From positions 11,780,001 to 11,844,000 of the forward strand of contig OX597832.1 in assembly GCA_951406725.2 (NCBI GenBank): a DNA stretch of 64,000 nucleotides, read 5' to 3'. Made by a program: the position numbers and the translations under genes. Source of the stretch: Octopus vulgaris (lineage: Eukaryota). Every line of letters starts with the position of its first letter. The first letter of the stretch is position 1. This document shows positions 1 to 12,778 of this stretch, piece after piece. Below the pieces are notes generated by a model that saw nothing but the letters and a program-made list of their open reading frames with translations, had not been told where the DNA came from and ran no database searches.

Positions 1-354
1 TACATACAGATGCACACATATACATATATATATACATATGCATACACACACATATATACATACATGCCTAGGCAGACACACACACTGACCTACACACATA
101 CGCACAAACAAGCAAAAAGGAACGCAGTGTAAATAACGAACAGAGTCAAGACTATTTAAAAGGTTGCAAGACGCAACGAACATTTTAGGTAAAAAAATAA
201 GGAATAAGTGGAAATTTTACCGGTGAGTGTGTTAAATAATAAGGCACTAAAAGAGAATGAATCACCCCAGACACAACAGAATATGCTTCAACACACGAAT
301 GCACATGAATCTTGCAAGCCAAATCCAAAAACGAAATATTATTATTATCACTAA

Positions 355-389
<35 letters not shown>

Positions 390-1357
390 TTGCTCTTTTT
401 TGTGCAAGATTGTTCAGCTTCTACTTTTCCACTCACGTTCCGATTCTTTTTAGTGCGGCATGGTTCTTCAGGTGCTAATTATTTCAACATCGTATTTCGT
501 CGTGTCCGTCTTTCACAGATTTACCCATCCATCCATCCGTAGTGCGTGGGTGTAATTTTCAGTCCGACAAACTAGAAAATAAATATTTTGGAAACAACTG
601 GAACATATTTAAAACAGTAACTAACGTAACTTAGTAAAGTCAGATTTATAGGTATTTGAATTTTATACTAAATTCAGAATCAAACGTTTTAAAACCTGCA
701 ACTTAAGTAAATTTTTAAAAAATTGTGAGATTCAAATAACTCTAGTAAATAAAAAAAATATCAACGAAATTTATTCATTTGAGTAAATCGCACACTTTCT
801 CACAATTTAATTGTCTCTAAAAGACTATATTATTGAGTTACTGTTCGCTGTTTATATCTAATTCCACAACGAGAATTCAAAATCATGGATGTAACTGCAT
901 GCCGTCTAAACACCAAGCAGACTAGCACTTCGTTCATTTAAGCTATTACTACATGATCAAAAGTAAAGATAAAAGATGCAAAATACAGCAAAATAGTGAT
1001 GAGTACGCCATGGATAGTAGATTGGATCGTCGTCAAAATTGTTTTACAATATAAAGCAAACATTTGACGTTATTCATTTCCGTGTAATATACAAGTATGG
1101 AAGATAAACTATGCAAACAGAACCAACTCAGTCAAGCTGATAATTGTTGAGCAACTCATGAGCAAATATCCTTTCATGCATAGAATTATATTATAGAAAT
1201 ATTTTCTTACGTGTATATTTTCACTATATTTTTTCTTATGATTACAGATAAATTCTTTAAGAGACACAGTAAGGAAATTATGTTCTCTCTGAAAAGTTTG
1301 TGCCTCCAGATAATCTTTACGTGATAACCCAATGTTGTGAAGTATACTTTGAGACGT

Positions 1358-1698
1358 GAAGGTGCGTGGCTCAATGGTCAGAGCGTAGAGCTTACGATCG
1401 TGAGATTGTGAGATCGATTCCCTCACCGGGCTGTCTGTTGTGTTCTTGAGCAAGACACTTTATTTCATGTTGCTCCAGTTAACTCAGCTGTAGAAATGAG
1501 TTGCGACATCACTGGTGCGAAGCTGTATCGGCCTTTGGCTTTCCCTTGGATAATATCAGTGGTGTGGAGAGGGGAGGCTTGTATGCATGGGCGACTGCTA
1601 GCTTTCCACAAACAATCTTGCCCTGACTTGTGCCTGGGAGGGTAACTTTCTAGGTGCAATCCCATGGTCATTCATGACCGAAGGGGGTCTCCTACTCC
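1358..1698 (+). mobile_element. tRNA-derived SINE, family A, with a CORE-like central domain
   Basis: The head has A-box-like TGGCTCAATGG and B-box-like GATCGATTCC, followed by CORE-like GTGTTCTTGAGCAAGACACTTTATTTC. It is colinear with 46727-47058. A 15-bp TSD with 2 transitions flanks it: TATACTTTGAGACGT (1343-1357) / TATACTTTAAGATGT (1699-1713). Confidence 0.9.
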
Positions 1699-3039
1699 TA
1701 TACTTTAAGATGTTATGGTCAACTCAATCGCCATGTATTAATAGAACGCAACAATAATCTTACAGAATCGATACACAATACGTTAACACTTTGTAAACCA
1801 TTATCATACATTAATAAAGCCCAACACACATTCTACATAATTGCATATAACAACATATATAAAACAGCAACAATCAAACAGATGCGGAAAACATTCCTCC
1901 TATACACGAAAGCAAAATACAATTTACTTTGCATATTCTGTGTGCAAGAGATGTTACAATGAAATAACGGAAATAACGCTAGCATTAATAGACCAAATCA
2001 CCCTGATTTGTATTGAAACGCAATTCTACGCCACAAAAAACATTGCGGTAGAACACACCTCAGAAGCACTGACTTCCACTTGATAGGGCAGCAGAAGCTA
2101 GCATAAATCTGTTGAAAACATCATAAATAACAATAAAATAATATTAATGATAATAACATTATAATAACATTTACATATAGATGAAACACATTTCAAGTAA
2201 TTAAATATAATGTGAAGTTACTTGAAGGAAAGATACTGAACCAAATGAATCCGGCCGTTATGTGATTTTATTATTGCCTTCTATTGGTATTAAATAAAAT
2301 TTTCTCCAAATTGGCTATACTCTTGAGTATATATAATTGAATATATATCGGATTCCATAAAGATTCCCAACAACAAAAGAAAAAAGAGAATAGTCAATTA
2401 TATTTAATATATCGTTAGTTCTGAGAAGCAATAATAGAGTAATGGCTTCTTAATTTGGCGCAAGGCCATATATTTATAGATGGCGGGAATTCATGCCTTT
2501 TTGAGTCCAAGTCGCCTTCTTATCGTTTATATTGTGGTATGCTACCGCAGGATGACCTAATCAAAGCACTACCAAGAATGGTACACTCATAAATTTTATG
2601 GTGAAATGCTTGCTTACGTCAGTGAATTATAATATGATTTAAGTTGCAGTTTGGTACTACACGAATTGGTTGTTTTAAATAAAAGTGTTTTGGCCAGTCA
2701 GACAGGAGAGTGTTTTCTTCCTGCAACATCGAGAATAAAATGAGTGCGAGATGAGCCAAAAGTTGAGATTGCAAAGCGTTTATTTGCCTTTATAGATATC
2801 CAGCTAACATTTCTCAAATCAAAAAGGAAAAGGACAAATTGGATAACGAAGTACTAGATGAACAAATAAAATGATTTTCACGGTTGGAATGCCTTTGACA
2901 ATTTTGCATCTAGGTGGCTGTTTGATCTACAAAACCCGGTAGCCAATCTCACTGATATCACGTTTTACTATCGTGGGCTCAAACCAGAATGACTTTCAGT
3001 GTATATTTGCCCAATGTACATTTGCCTGGGATTATAGTA

Positions 3040-3350
3040 GAATACATTTGCTGTTGTCGTGTTGTGTATTCTACTATAACCCCATACTAACACAAGCCTT
3101 GTAAATAAATATCGTTTTCGGAAACTGCGTAGGTCTGATGTCTGTATATATGTGTGTGTGTGTTTATCTCTCACCGGCTGATGCTGGCTTTTTGCGTTCC
3201 AGTAATTTAGCGGTTCGAGAAAACAATTCTGATACAGTAAGTACGACACATAGAATACTTATGCAGTTTGATTTGATCGACTAAACGCTGCAAAGAACCA
3301 CAGCATAGCTTCAATCCAATCCAATGGCGAAAACCAGTATATGAGTATAA
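3040..3350 (+). mobile_element. Old degenerate SINE, family D
   Basis: Patchy similarity to 20565-20986: CTACTATA, AAGCCTTGT, CGGAAACTG, internal (TG)n, GATGCTGG, TTAGCGGTTCG, TCGACTAAA. Confidence 0.55.
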
Positions 3351-3594
3351 ATTGTAATCGATATCGTATTCCGACATCTATATCTGTGATCACCATTCCA
3401 ATACTGATGCTGAAGCCTTTCATCGCATCATGTTGAGAAGTGAGTTACCCTTGTATAGGATACAGGTATTTAGACCTTTGAATTGTTGTTGGTAATCCTA
3501 TACAACGCACACAAGTAGTATGCAAACTGTAATAGGGCTTGTATGTGATTTGTGCATGTGTGTGCGTATAAGAATGTGCATCTCTCTCTCTCTC

Positions 3595-3745
3595 TCTTTA
3601 CATTTTCGCTTATTGATTTATACTGAAGAGCGTAGGCTCGAAACGTAAAAAAACATTTTTATTTTTCCCGAGCGTCAAACTAATACGCTTCCTTGTGCTT
3701 CCTACACTTGTCTTCGTCTTTGTTTTTCTATAAATTCGAACTATA
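3595..3745 (+). mobile_element. Penelope-like pLTR fragment with a minimal hammerhead ribozyme motif
   Basis: CTGAAGA-GCGTAGGCTC-GAAAC-GTA at 3623-3647, followed by a pyrimidine-rich tail running into (TA)n. This architecture matches the minimal HHRs known from Penelope-like elements. Confidence 0.6.
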
Positions 3746-3772
3746 TATATATATGTTCGAATTTCTGTGTGT

Positions 3773-3836
<64 letters not shown>

Positions 3837-4632
3837 CCACACACAGATTTTTTTTATTTTTGTGATGAACAGTAAAGATCGAAGATATTGGCTACATATA
3901 TGTGTGTGTCGGCGTGTGTGTAGATAGGCGAATGGATGTGCGTGCGTATATATGTGGGTATATGCGTATTTGTACGCACATGTTAAACTATATATAATAA
4001 GAGTGAGAAAGAGAGGGGGGAAGGAAAAGAGAGCAATGGCCTCAAAACAGTGACTAAAAGACAAGTGACATCTTGGATTGTCATTAACTTCAACAAGCGA
4101 GACATATGAATACAATGCAATTTAAAAGAAGCCCCCCGTTGTCACTTTCTTTCTCGCTGCTTTCTTTTACATTTCTTCCTGTCTTTTTTTCTATCTTTCT
4201 TTCTTGACCTCCTTCCTGTCGTTCTTTCTAGCACTCTTTCTTTTTTCTTTCTTTCTATCCTTTCTACCTCTCTTCTTTTTTTCTTTCTCCCTCTGACCAA
4301 GCGCTCAAAATCTCATTGACCATACATTCCTTGCATCTACAGTGACGTATACAAAGAAAAAGAAACAGGAAACAGGTGTTTCTAGAAAAACGACATTGAC
4401 AACTTGAAATGTCGGTAGCTTCAAACACCTGTGAAACTATGGACCATAAATATACAATAAAACTCATATAGATATAAATATACAATAAAAAGTACATAAA
4501 AACAAAAACAACCCTTTAAAAACACACCCTCTCCTCTCTCTACCTCTCTCTCTCCTTTATTTTTCTTTCCTTCTTTCTGTCTTTCTTTTCTCTCTCTTTC
4601 TTTCTCTCTCTATGTACACACACACACACACA

Positions 4633-5080
4633 TAAGGTGAGCTGACAGAATGGTTACCAGGCTAGATGAAATGCGTAGCGGTAATTCACCTGTCGAGCTG
4701 ACAGAAACATTAGCACGCCGGGCGAAATGCTTAGCGATATTTCGTCTGCGTTACCTTGTGAGTTGAAATTCCGCCGAGGTCGACTTTGCCTTTCATCCTT
4801 TCGGGGTCGATAAATTAAGTACCAGTTACGCACTGGGGTCGATGTAATCGACTTAATACCTATGTCTGTCCTTGTTTGTCCCCTCTGTGTTTAGCCCCTT
4901 GTGGGTAATAAAGAAATAGGTAATTCACCTGTCTTTACATTCTTAGCGCAAATTATGCCGAGGTCGACTTTATCTTTTATTCTTTCGGGGTCAGTGAAGT
5001 AGGCTCACGTTGATCACTGGAACCAATCTAATCGACTTACCCCACCTAAGAAATTGCTGGACATTTTCCCAAATTGGAAT
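4633..5080 (+). mobile_element. Old SINE of lineage C (C'), split by a younger family C copy
   Basis: The head GGTGAGCTGACAGAATGGTTA...GCGGTAATTCACCTGTC resumes at 4919 with GGTAATTCACCTGTCTTTACATTC...GCCGAGGTCGACTTT...TTTCGGGGTC. Confidence 0.85.
4695..4918 (+). mobile_element. Young SINE, family C (copy 1)
   Basis: tRNA-like head, conserved GAGGTCGACTTTGCCTTTCATCCTTTCGGGGTCGATAAATTAAGTACCAG block, and tail ...GTGGGTAATAAAGAAATA. A perfect 15-bp TSD, GGTAATTCACCTGTC, lies at 4680-4694 and 4919-4933. Confidence 0.95.
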
Positions 5081-5089
5081 TCAAATCAA

Positions 5090-5200
5090 TCACATGGTTC
5101 CGTGTACTGTCCCATTGAGTGGTACCTTCGGCAAGTGTCTTCTACGGTAGGCTCGGATAGACAAAAGCCTTCTGAGTAGATTTCGCAGACGGAAACTGGG
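5090..5200 (+). mobile_element. Family D SINE head/core fragment
   Basis: CACATGGTTCCG..GTCCCA..GTGGTACCTTCGGCAAGTGTCTTCTAC..AAAGCCTT..AGACGGAAACTG matches 20596-20702, then diverges. Confidence 0.7.
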
Positions 5201-5502
5201 TCGCATGTGTTAGCATTACCTGTATATTGCTGATTATACCTGTATATATGCCATTATTCACTTTTATTTCAAGATTTCATGCCAAAAGGGAAAGAACCTG
5301 TTTCTAACCTAGATCCAAGGCTTATTCATTGGAATTTCAGCATCAACAATAGGGTGTATTTTCACGTAGTACGTATGTATGTATGCATGTATGTATAGTG
5401 TAGATTTGTATGATTTGTTATATGTATGTATTCCCATGCATATACTTGCATATCTAAATATGCTCATGTATGTATGCACTTAAGTATATATATATATATA
5501 TA

Positions 5503-5724
5503 TGTAAAATAATATGTGACAATTATTCAATAGCCAAGATAAAACTCTGAGTTTCTGATGCCGAGGTGGAAATCCACAACACCATCTCTTCGGTTATCTG
5601 ACCACCTGAAAAACGCTATTATCTTGGCTTTTGAATAATTGTCATATATTATTTTACAGATAAATTTCCTCTATTTACGTAATATTGAGGTCTCTTTCTT
5701 TCTTTTGTTATCTTACCGTTTTTA

Positions 5725-5730
<6 letters not shown>
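5503..5730. mobile_element. Penelope-like inverted pLTR structure in (TA)n with a hammerhead motif on the minus strand
   Basis: A 40-bp inverted repeat (5503-5542 / 5619-5658, 2 mismatches) brackets a minus-strand HHR fold at 5538-5598. (TA)n flanks both sides. Confidence 0.7.
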
Positions 5731-5759
<29 letters not shown>

Positions 5760-7287
5760 GTGTCAGTGTTTGTATGAGTGTTCCTGTGTATGTTTGTAGG
5801 TTGTGCGTCGTGTTTACCTGTATATCTACTCTTAATCTTAATTAGTTAGGGTGTCAGGTCAAATTTAATGTGTATTTGTTTTTATAGAAAATACAAGTAT
5901 ATTTTTGCATAGCTTCTTTAGGCTTATTATTTCTCTAAGAACGAAGTTAACGATGGGTGTGGATGAAACGTAATGTAATGACGTGTGAAGGATCTCTTAA
6001 CCTGTTTCATCTAGTACTTCACTGACAAACAAAACTACCCACACATTCGAATATTTAATAGTGCGAGAGAGCAAACAAAATATAATAAGGCGATATAAAG
6101 AGTATTTTCAAGAGATGAGAGGAAAATGAAGTAAACGTGAGAGGGTGGGAGACAGTGAGAGTGGCGGTAAATATACGTAAGAGTGAAGGAGTAGGAAGAG
6201 GAGAGGAAATGACACAAACAGAGAATTTAATATTCTAATAATGGAATCCTTACACAAACACACACACAGAAACTCGTACATAAATCCGCACACACATACA
6301 AACACACACATACCATCAAAGCTGTGAACATATATACATACACGACAAGTATACGCATGCAGACGTACAAATTTCTTTACACACATGGATATTCATACAC
6401 ATATATACAAAGACACCCACGCACACATTCATGGATTTATATGCATATATATTCAAATTTGCTAATGTGCATACACATATATGCATATTATATATGCGTG
6501 TGCATATAGATACCCCTTTCTCTCTACTGCTCTCACTCTCTCCTGCATTCTCTCATCTTCACTCTGTACATGTGTTTGGGTGTGTCTCTGTGTATATATA
6601 TACACACGCATATGCCTGCGAGTGCGTGTACGAGCTTGTGCTTATGTATGTATATCTACGTAGTTGTTTAACGTGGAAAACTATACCGTGCAATATAGCA
6701 GGATATTATAATGAAGAAGGCTGATAACACATTATTTCAGATTATCTAAACATGTACGATTGCTACGCACACATTGTACACATTATATGCTTCCTTTAAT
6801 TGACTCAATATGTTTTCATATAGGAGGTGTTTGAAATTTAGATAAGTACCACGGTATGTCTTCACATATGTTAGTCTTATAACTATAACAATGTCTTTAT
6901 ATTATATATATTTATAAGTAAAAGAATATATATTCAGATGCCACATTATATTTCAGAAATGTTATAATTATCATATGGCTTTACACAACCACACACACAC
7001 ACACATACATACAAACACACACATACACATATTTCTTTGTAACTTTGTAACAATAACATTAATTCTCTTAGAATATGTTATAACATACCTGTTTCAGGTA
7101 TAACAATGTAATTACTTAATATTTATAATAGAGTAATACCTATGATAGCATGTGTTTATATATTGCTATATCATATTTTATATTATGCAGTTCTAATATG
7201 AGTTCCTTATCTAAGATACACTTATAACTGTAAGAATCTCTCTCTTCTCTCTCTCTTCTCTCACTCTTCTCTCTCTCTGTCTCTCTA

Positions 7288-7345
<58 letters not shown>

Positions 7346-7789
7346 ACATATATAAACATATCATATATAGAATGTTTATAGCAATATACTTGCATAGATA
7401 ATAGGTGGAAGACCTAATTACATCTACATGATATATTTATAGTAGTATGTCTTCATATATGAAATATGCATACCTATAAAGATATATCTATATAAATGAG
7501 ATGGTATAATCTATGAAATGTTAGTCAGTAAATCAGAACCATCTCCGTTTGATGCAATTGGATAAATCGTTTCCTCAAATGTGACTATGAGGTATTTGAC
7601 CTGAGCACGTAAAGAGATCTAAGCGCGTGATATCATTGAATATCATGTCATATTCAAATGCGGGTTTTTGATATATTCCAGTCCGTTAATTCCAGTAATT
7701 TCTAACCTTGTCTGCAATAAAATTTACTGTTACATATGTGATTGATAACACCTAGAAGATACGTATTTTCCGTTCACCTTACTTAATGT

Positions 7790-8885
7790 AGCTCTGATCA
7801 GGAGTAGTTGATGTCCTTAGTTAGTATTCAAAGATCATCTGGTATTTCTACCCTGAAATGTAACAGCCTCCCATTTGAGCGATGTCCGGATCACTGCTCA
7901 TCATCTCTTCCTGGGTTCCATTTTATCTCCTCTCTCTTGCTCCATAACAAGCTAGAGACTGTTCCTACTACATCTCCCATATTGTGCACAGCCACCGTTC
8001 ACACTTTTCCTCCTATTCTAATGGCTGTACGCATCCTCAATACTGAAACTGCAGAGATTTCCCTACTGGCAACCTCGACTGGAAATTGCCATTTCCCCCA
8101 TCCCTTCTCCTTGCAATCCCGCAGAAAACTCTAGTACTTGGCACGCTTCAATTGAAAGGCTTGGTCCAACCCTAATTCCCACGGAAACGTAAGCTCGATT
8201 ATGATTATTTTCTTTGCCTGTTCAGATCACAAACTATATCTTACCCCAGGGTCGTGCAGATTACAATTTTTACCCATTGTCTACTTTCACATCCTATGAT
8301 TGGGCCCCGTGTAGTGGACAATTTGTTCTTTTGAAGTCCTCACTTGCTTTTCCCCCTCTTTTGCAAGCTTTGTTGCTAGTGTTATTTTCCCATGTGGATA
8401 TTGTTTCTTGGGCTTTTCCTGATCCCGGATGTGAGGGAGTATTGCAAACACCTTGTCATGGCACCACATGTATTTTCCTTGAGTCACTGTTATTTTGCAT
8501 CCTGGTGAGATATGTGGCAGAGTGCCGCTTTCTCCGCAAATTCTACACAGTTGGTTCCCTTCCAAATCCCATTTGTGCAAGTTTGCCAATGTTGAGAGTG
8601 TTTTATACATCACTCATAGCTGATGGGTGACATGTAAAGGTTCCATTTTCCACAGATCTGTCCATGGTGACCTTTCTTTTGGGGAGGTCCCATTTACTCG
8701 AGGCGCTCTGAGATACCACCAGTTTCACGACACTTCCTTTCTTTCTCTTGGTGTTGTACTTCTACTTGTATCATGATTCTTCTCGCCTTGATATCTGCCT
8801 TCTTCCATTGTTGCAAATGAAAAGAACCGAAAGGTTGCCGTCTTGCGCGTGTACGTAACCAGGCGTTGTTCGTTTACCTACTAGC
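7790..8885 (-). pseudogene. Decayed 3' part of an RLE-type non-LTR retrotransposon (HERO-like): CCHC knuckle and PD-(D/E)xK endonuclease
   Basis: Minus-strand translation across stops and frameshifts gives KWDLPKRKVT/WTDLWKMEP, then LANLHKWDLEGNQLCRICGESGTLPHISPGCKITVTQGKYMWCHDKV (ORF 8287-8613, CX2CX8HX4C), then KKIIIIELTFPWE..AFQLKRAKY..DCKEKGWGKWQFPVEV..SSLLWSKREE. The clade assignment is recalled from motif similarity. Confidence 0.85.
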
Positions 8886-10222
8886 GTAGAGAAGGTAAAA
8901 TCAATTGGCACACTTAATAACATCATTTTGTTAGCTCGATTTCAGTACCATTCTGCCAAGGTAAATTTCAGTTTTCCGCGTCTCTTTTCTTTCTTTCTTT
9001 CCTTCTTTCTTTCTTTTTTTTCTTTCTTGTTTCATCGTGTTAAATATAGATGAAGTATCAATTCTTACCTCAGGATTTCATTAACATTCTGATTTCGTTA
9101 AAATCTAGCTACCACTTTTTTTTATTCATCATCATATTTATGGAGTGTATTTTTCTGCAATATACGGTATCGTAGACTCATCTCTATTTGGTCGTTAGAG
9201 AAATGTTCTTCACGGCATAATTTTTTTTTATCACGTACATCCATGGTCAAATGTTTTCTTAATTGTTTGACCCTGTACCAAACATTTTCTTCAATCTATT
9301 CATGTTTCTTTTTCATTCCACACATATATCATATCTCTATATCACCTAATTTTCTTTCCATCTATATTATATATATATTTTTTTTTCTTTTATGTTTCTC
9401 TGCCATATTATGAATTCGGTTTGTGGATGCTGTTGGAAACAATTTTCGTTTTGTTTCTATCTCTCAATCATTGTTTTCCCATTCTTTTTGATATCTTCTT
9501 TCCTTTTCACTTTGTGTTATCACTCCATGCAACGATAGACATTTAATTTTTTCTACTCTTTTCACACTTTCCAAACCTGACATTTTGATAGTTTCTGATC
9601 ATTTTTCTTTATTGTATTCTTGCTTAATGAAAATTGCTTTATAGGCTCTTTTTTTCACTCACACTGAATAAAGGTGTTTGAATCTTACTTAATCCTGCAT
9701 AGTGCATCCTGTATTCTCTTGCTAGCATTTGAAAGCTTTACGTTGATAACCTACCTCCGCATCACATTATTTCCAACATTTCTCCAATTAGTAATTAATT
9801 CTTATTTTGTTTTGCTTTTATTGACTTTGAGGTTGCACGAACAACCTTTCCACATTAAATATTGTTCCTTTCTAAGCCCATAATTATCACCTTTACTGAG
9901 TCTGCAATATCTGATAGTCTTTTTCAGTTTTTCCTCCCGCTCTATAATTTTATTTTCAACAGTCTAGCTTAATGAACATTGCTAATTGATTTTTATACGT
10001 TTTTATGAGGGTCACTTAAGGTAATACATTAGTACTGCTCAAGTGTAAATTCATTTAAAATCATTAGTTTCTTTTCATTTAAGCACTGCCTTTCTGTGTA
10101 AAAGGTATCTTTTGCTACATATTGTAACATTATCCTTGTTTATACGACCATCAATCGTCTGTATGAAGAACATATATTCATTAACACAGATATATGTGCA
10201 AATACGTCATTGAGATACGTTG

Positions 10223-10350
10223 CTCTTACTCTTTTTGCTCTTTGCTCTTTTAATTATTTCAGTCACTTTACTGTGGCCACGCAGTGGTACTGAACCCGGA
10301 ACCATGTGTTTCGTATGCAAGCTACTTACCACACAGCTACTCCTACACCT
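10223..10350 (-). mobile_element. Internally deleted mini-copy of SINE D (head fused to tail)
   Basis: The tail ...TTTCAGTCACTTTACTGTGGCCA joins directly to the head CGCAGTGGTACTGAACCCGGAACCATGTG across a GCCA microhomology. Confidence 0.8.
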
Positions 10351-10657
10351 CTTTTACTTATTCTATCAGTCTCTTAAGCCGAACCGCTAACTTACGGGGA
10401 TGTAAACACACCAGCATCGGTTGTCAAGCGTTGTTGGGGGGACAAACACAGACACACGTATACACACATACATAATACATACATACATATATATATATAC
10501 AACGGGTTTCTTTCGGTTTCCGTCTACCAAATCCAATCACAAGGCTTTGGTCAGCCCGAGGCCATAGTAGAAGACACTTGCCCAAGGTGCCACGCAGTGG
10601 GACTGAACCCGGAACCATGTGGTTCGTAAGCAAGCTACTTACCACACCGCCACTCTT
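10351..10657 (-). mobile_element. SINE family D
   Basis: Reverse complement of 20565-20880, including the internal (TA)/(CA) microsatellite. Most of the 3' tail is deleted. Confidence 0.9.
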
Positions 10658-11764
10658 ATATTTTAAACTTATCTTTAGAGACAATTTTTACAAAGGCACA
10701 TTTGTATTCAAACTATTTAAATTTCAGTAATGGCAAATATATTCTGGTGACGATAGTACTAGTTTTATATCATCAAGTTCAGTAATTTGATTGTTCTTAG
10801 TATCTGCTGAGGTACTCTCTCAGTTAAAGATATGTTAGCCCTTCTTAAATTTTAAGTTCTGTGAAATTTTATAATTATATTTCGGATTTTTAAGTGTTTT
10901 AAGTCAAAATATTGAACTTCATCTCCATTCTACCCATTCGATTACGATATCCTCCTCTGCGTATTTTTATCGAGTTACATTTTATATTTATTTTCTAAGT
11001 AGATTTGTTATTGCATCATGGTAGATTATTTTCCTAACAACTTCTGTGCAACTACTGTATCCAGTATGCATTGCTTTTATGTTCTCGTATATTATTCCAT
11101 AAGCTTGACCGGCACACTTATGATTCATACGTGTCAGGAACAGTTTTATTTTATTCGACTGACTTCAATATCTGCATTTGATTTTTGTTTTTCTTCTCGG
11201 GGATAGTATTTTCTTGATAATGTTTGATCCACAATAGGTATCTATTAATTTTGCTGGACGCCGTCTTTATTCTTTTGTATTATCACCAGTACAAGTACTT
11301 TATGTTAATCTATATCTCTGATGTAATGTCACATAAGTCTTATTTTTCACATTTATATCGAAGAAAACAGAATGAAATGTATTTTGAAGTTTTGTCTTTC
11401 TTGTCTTCTTTTCAAACTTAACTCCGCTCTTTTCGATTGTGTCTTCTATTCAACGTCTATTATTCCTATAAACCGTGCTTCTCTAGAATATAGCAGATCT
11501 TTTGTAACTGTGATTCATATATATTTGCATTGTGTGTTCATGCATCACATAATTTCTTTTTTTACTTCTAAGAATAATCTGTTGCTTTCAACTCCTTCTA
11601 ATAATGATAGAAATCTTTCTTTCAGTCACTTCCATATTTCTTAAAGTTTCCTAATTCATTTACAATTTTTCTTCAGACATCTCTCATACTTCTAAAACTT
11701 GTAATCAAAATTTATTATCAGTGATCTGTTCTTTTGTTGTTGCTACTAATATTGTTGTTATTTA

Positions 11765-11816
<52 letters not shown>

Positions 11817-12559
11817 CATCATCATCATCATCGTCACCGTCAATATTATCATTACTATTATTGTTATTATTTAAGCGATGAATAGAATTTTGAGAACGTT
11901 GCACAAAATACCATGCTGTTTATCAGGCGCTTTACTTTCTGAGTTCAGGTGCCATTAGGTTTATCTGCCGTTTTACGCAAAACTATGATCATGTTGCTAG
12001 TGCAAAGTTGACCCGCAACAATATGTGGTCAAGAAGCGAGTTTACTGATCCTAAAAAGTTGTATTAATACTTGAAGCCAAATTCATCGTAGAGATATATC
12101 ACATTATACAAAACAAACAAACGAAAGGAAAGAAAAATATAAGGCCACTCTGAACTTTACAGCAGTGCAGAAGGCTAAGATACTATGTGTAGCATTAAAA
12201 GCAACATTGGACATTGGAGATATCTGCTCAGAAAATGTAAATTAGGAAACGACTTTTCGAATAATGCATTGATTCAGGAGAAAAATAGTGAGTATCATGT
12301 CCCCTTAAAATGTAATTTCTTCTTGCCATGTTATCTTGTCATGATAAATTATTGATGCATAATATATATAAGTCTATCATTGCCTTCCACAACATTTAGG
12401 GTCATGAATTGTTTGGTTACGGCCGAAAATTTCAGGTACACTTTTACACAACCTAGCTTGCTGAGAATATTTGGAATGGAAGGAATTTAGGAAAGTAGAG
12501 TGCTCTTATCGTCCATATTACACTAGCTTTATAGGTTGTAGCTCACACGGAAAAGTATA

Positions 12560-12743
12560 TTTTGCATTCCTCGCAACTTAAGTTCTGAGTTCAGATATAC
12601 CTGAGGTGGAATTTGCCGTTCAACCTTTGCATGTTTACAAATAACACCACATGTTCAGTTCTAGATTGGATGTAATCAACTATCGACACCCACACCCTTC
12701 AAAATTGCGGGTCTTGTACCTCAAGGAGAAACGGTTATTATTA

Positions 12744-12778
<35 letters not shown>
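12560..12778 (+). mobile_element. Old C' SINE ending in a (TTA)n tail
   Basis: GTTCTGAGTTCA...GAGGTGGAATTTGCC...GATGTAATCAACT...AAAATTGCGGGTCTTGTACC followed by (TTA)n. Confidence 0.6.

Larger units (their letters stand above)
9000..11700 (-). mobile_element. Possible very old LINE remnant (L1/Tx1-like), interrupted by SINE D
   Basis: Strong strand-biased composition and faint minus-strand motifs: SKINRYLL near 11240, IIYHDAI near 11020 (SDH-like), and a GIRQGC-like stretch near 9705. No continuous frame. Confidence 0.25.

Noticed and set aside
1465-1671. Similar ORFs repeated in the track (MGLHLESYPP..., VRNWYLIYRPRKDERQSRPRR..., FIERKHLKLHEAPAG...)
   Set aside because: They recur because they overlap SINE copies. 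They are not a gene family.
7805-7860. Possible permuted hammerhead in the 3' UTR of the HERO-like element
   Set aside because: Both core segments are too degenerate in this copy to support the call.
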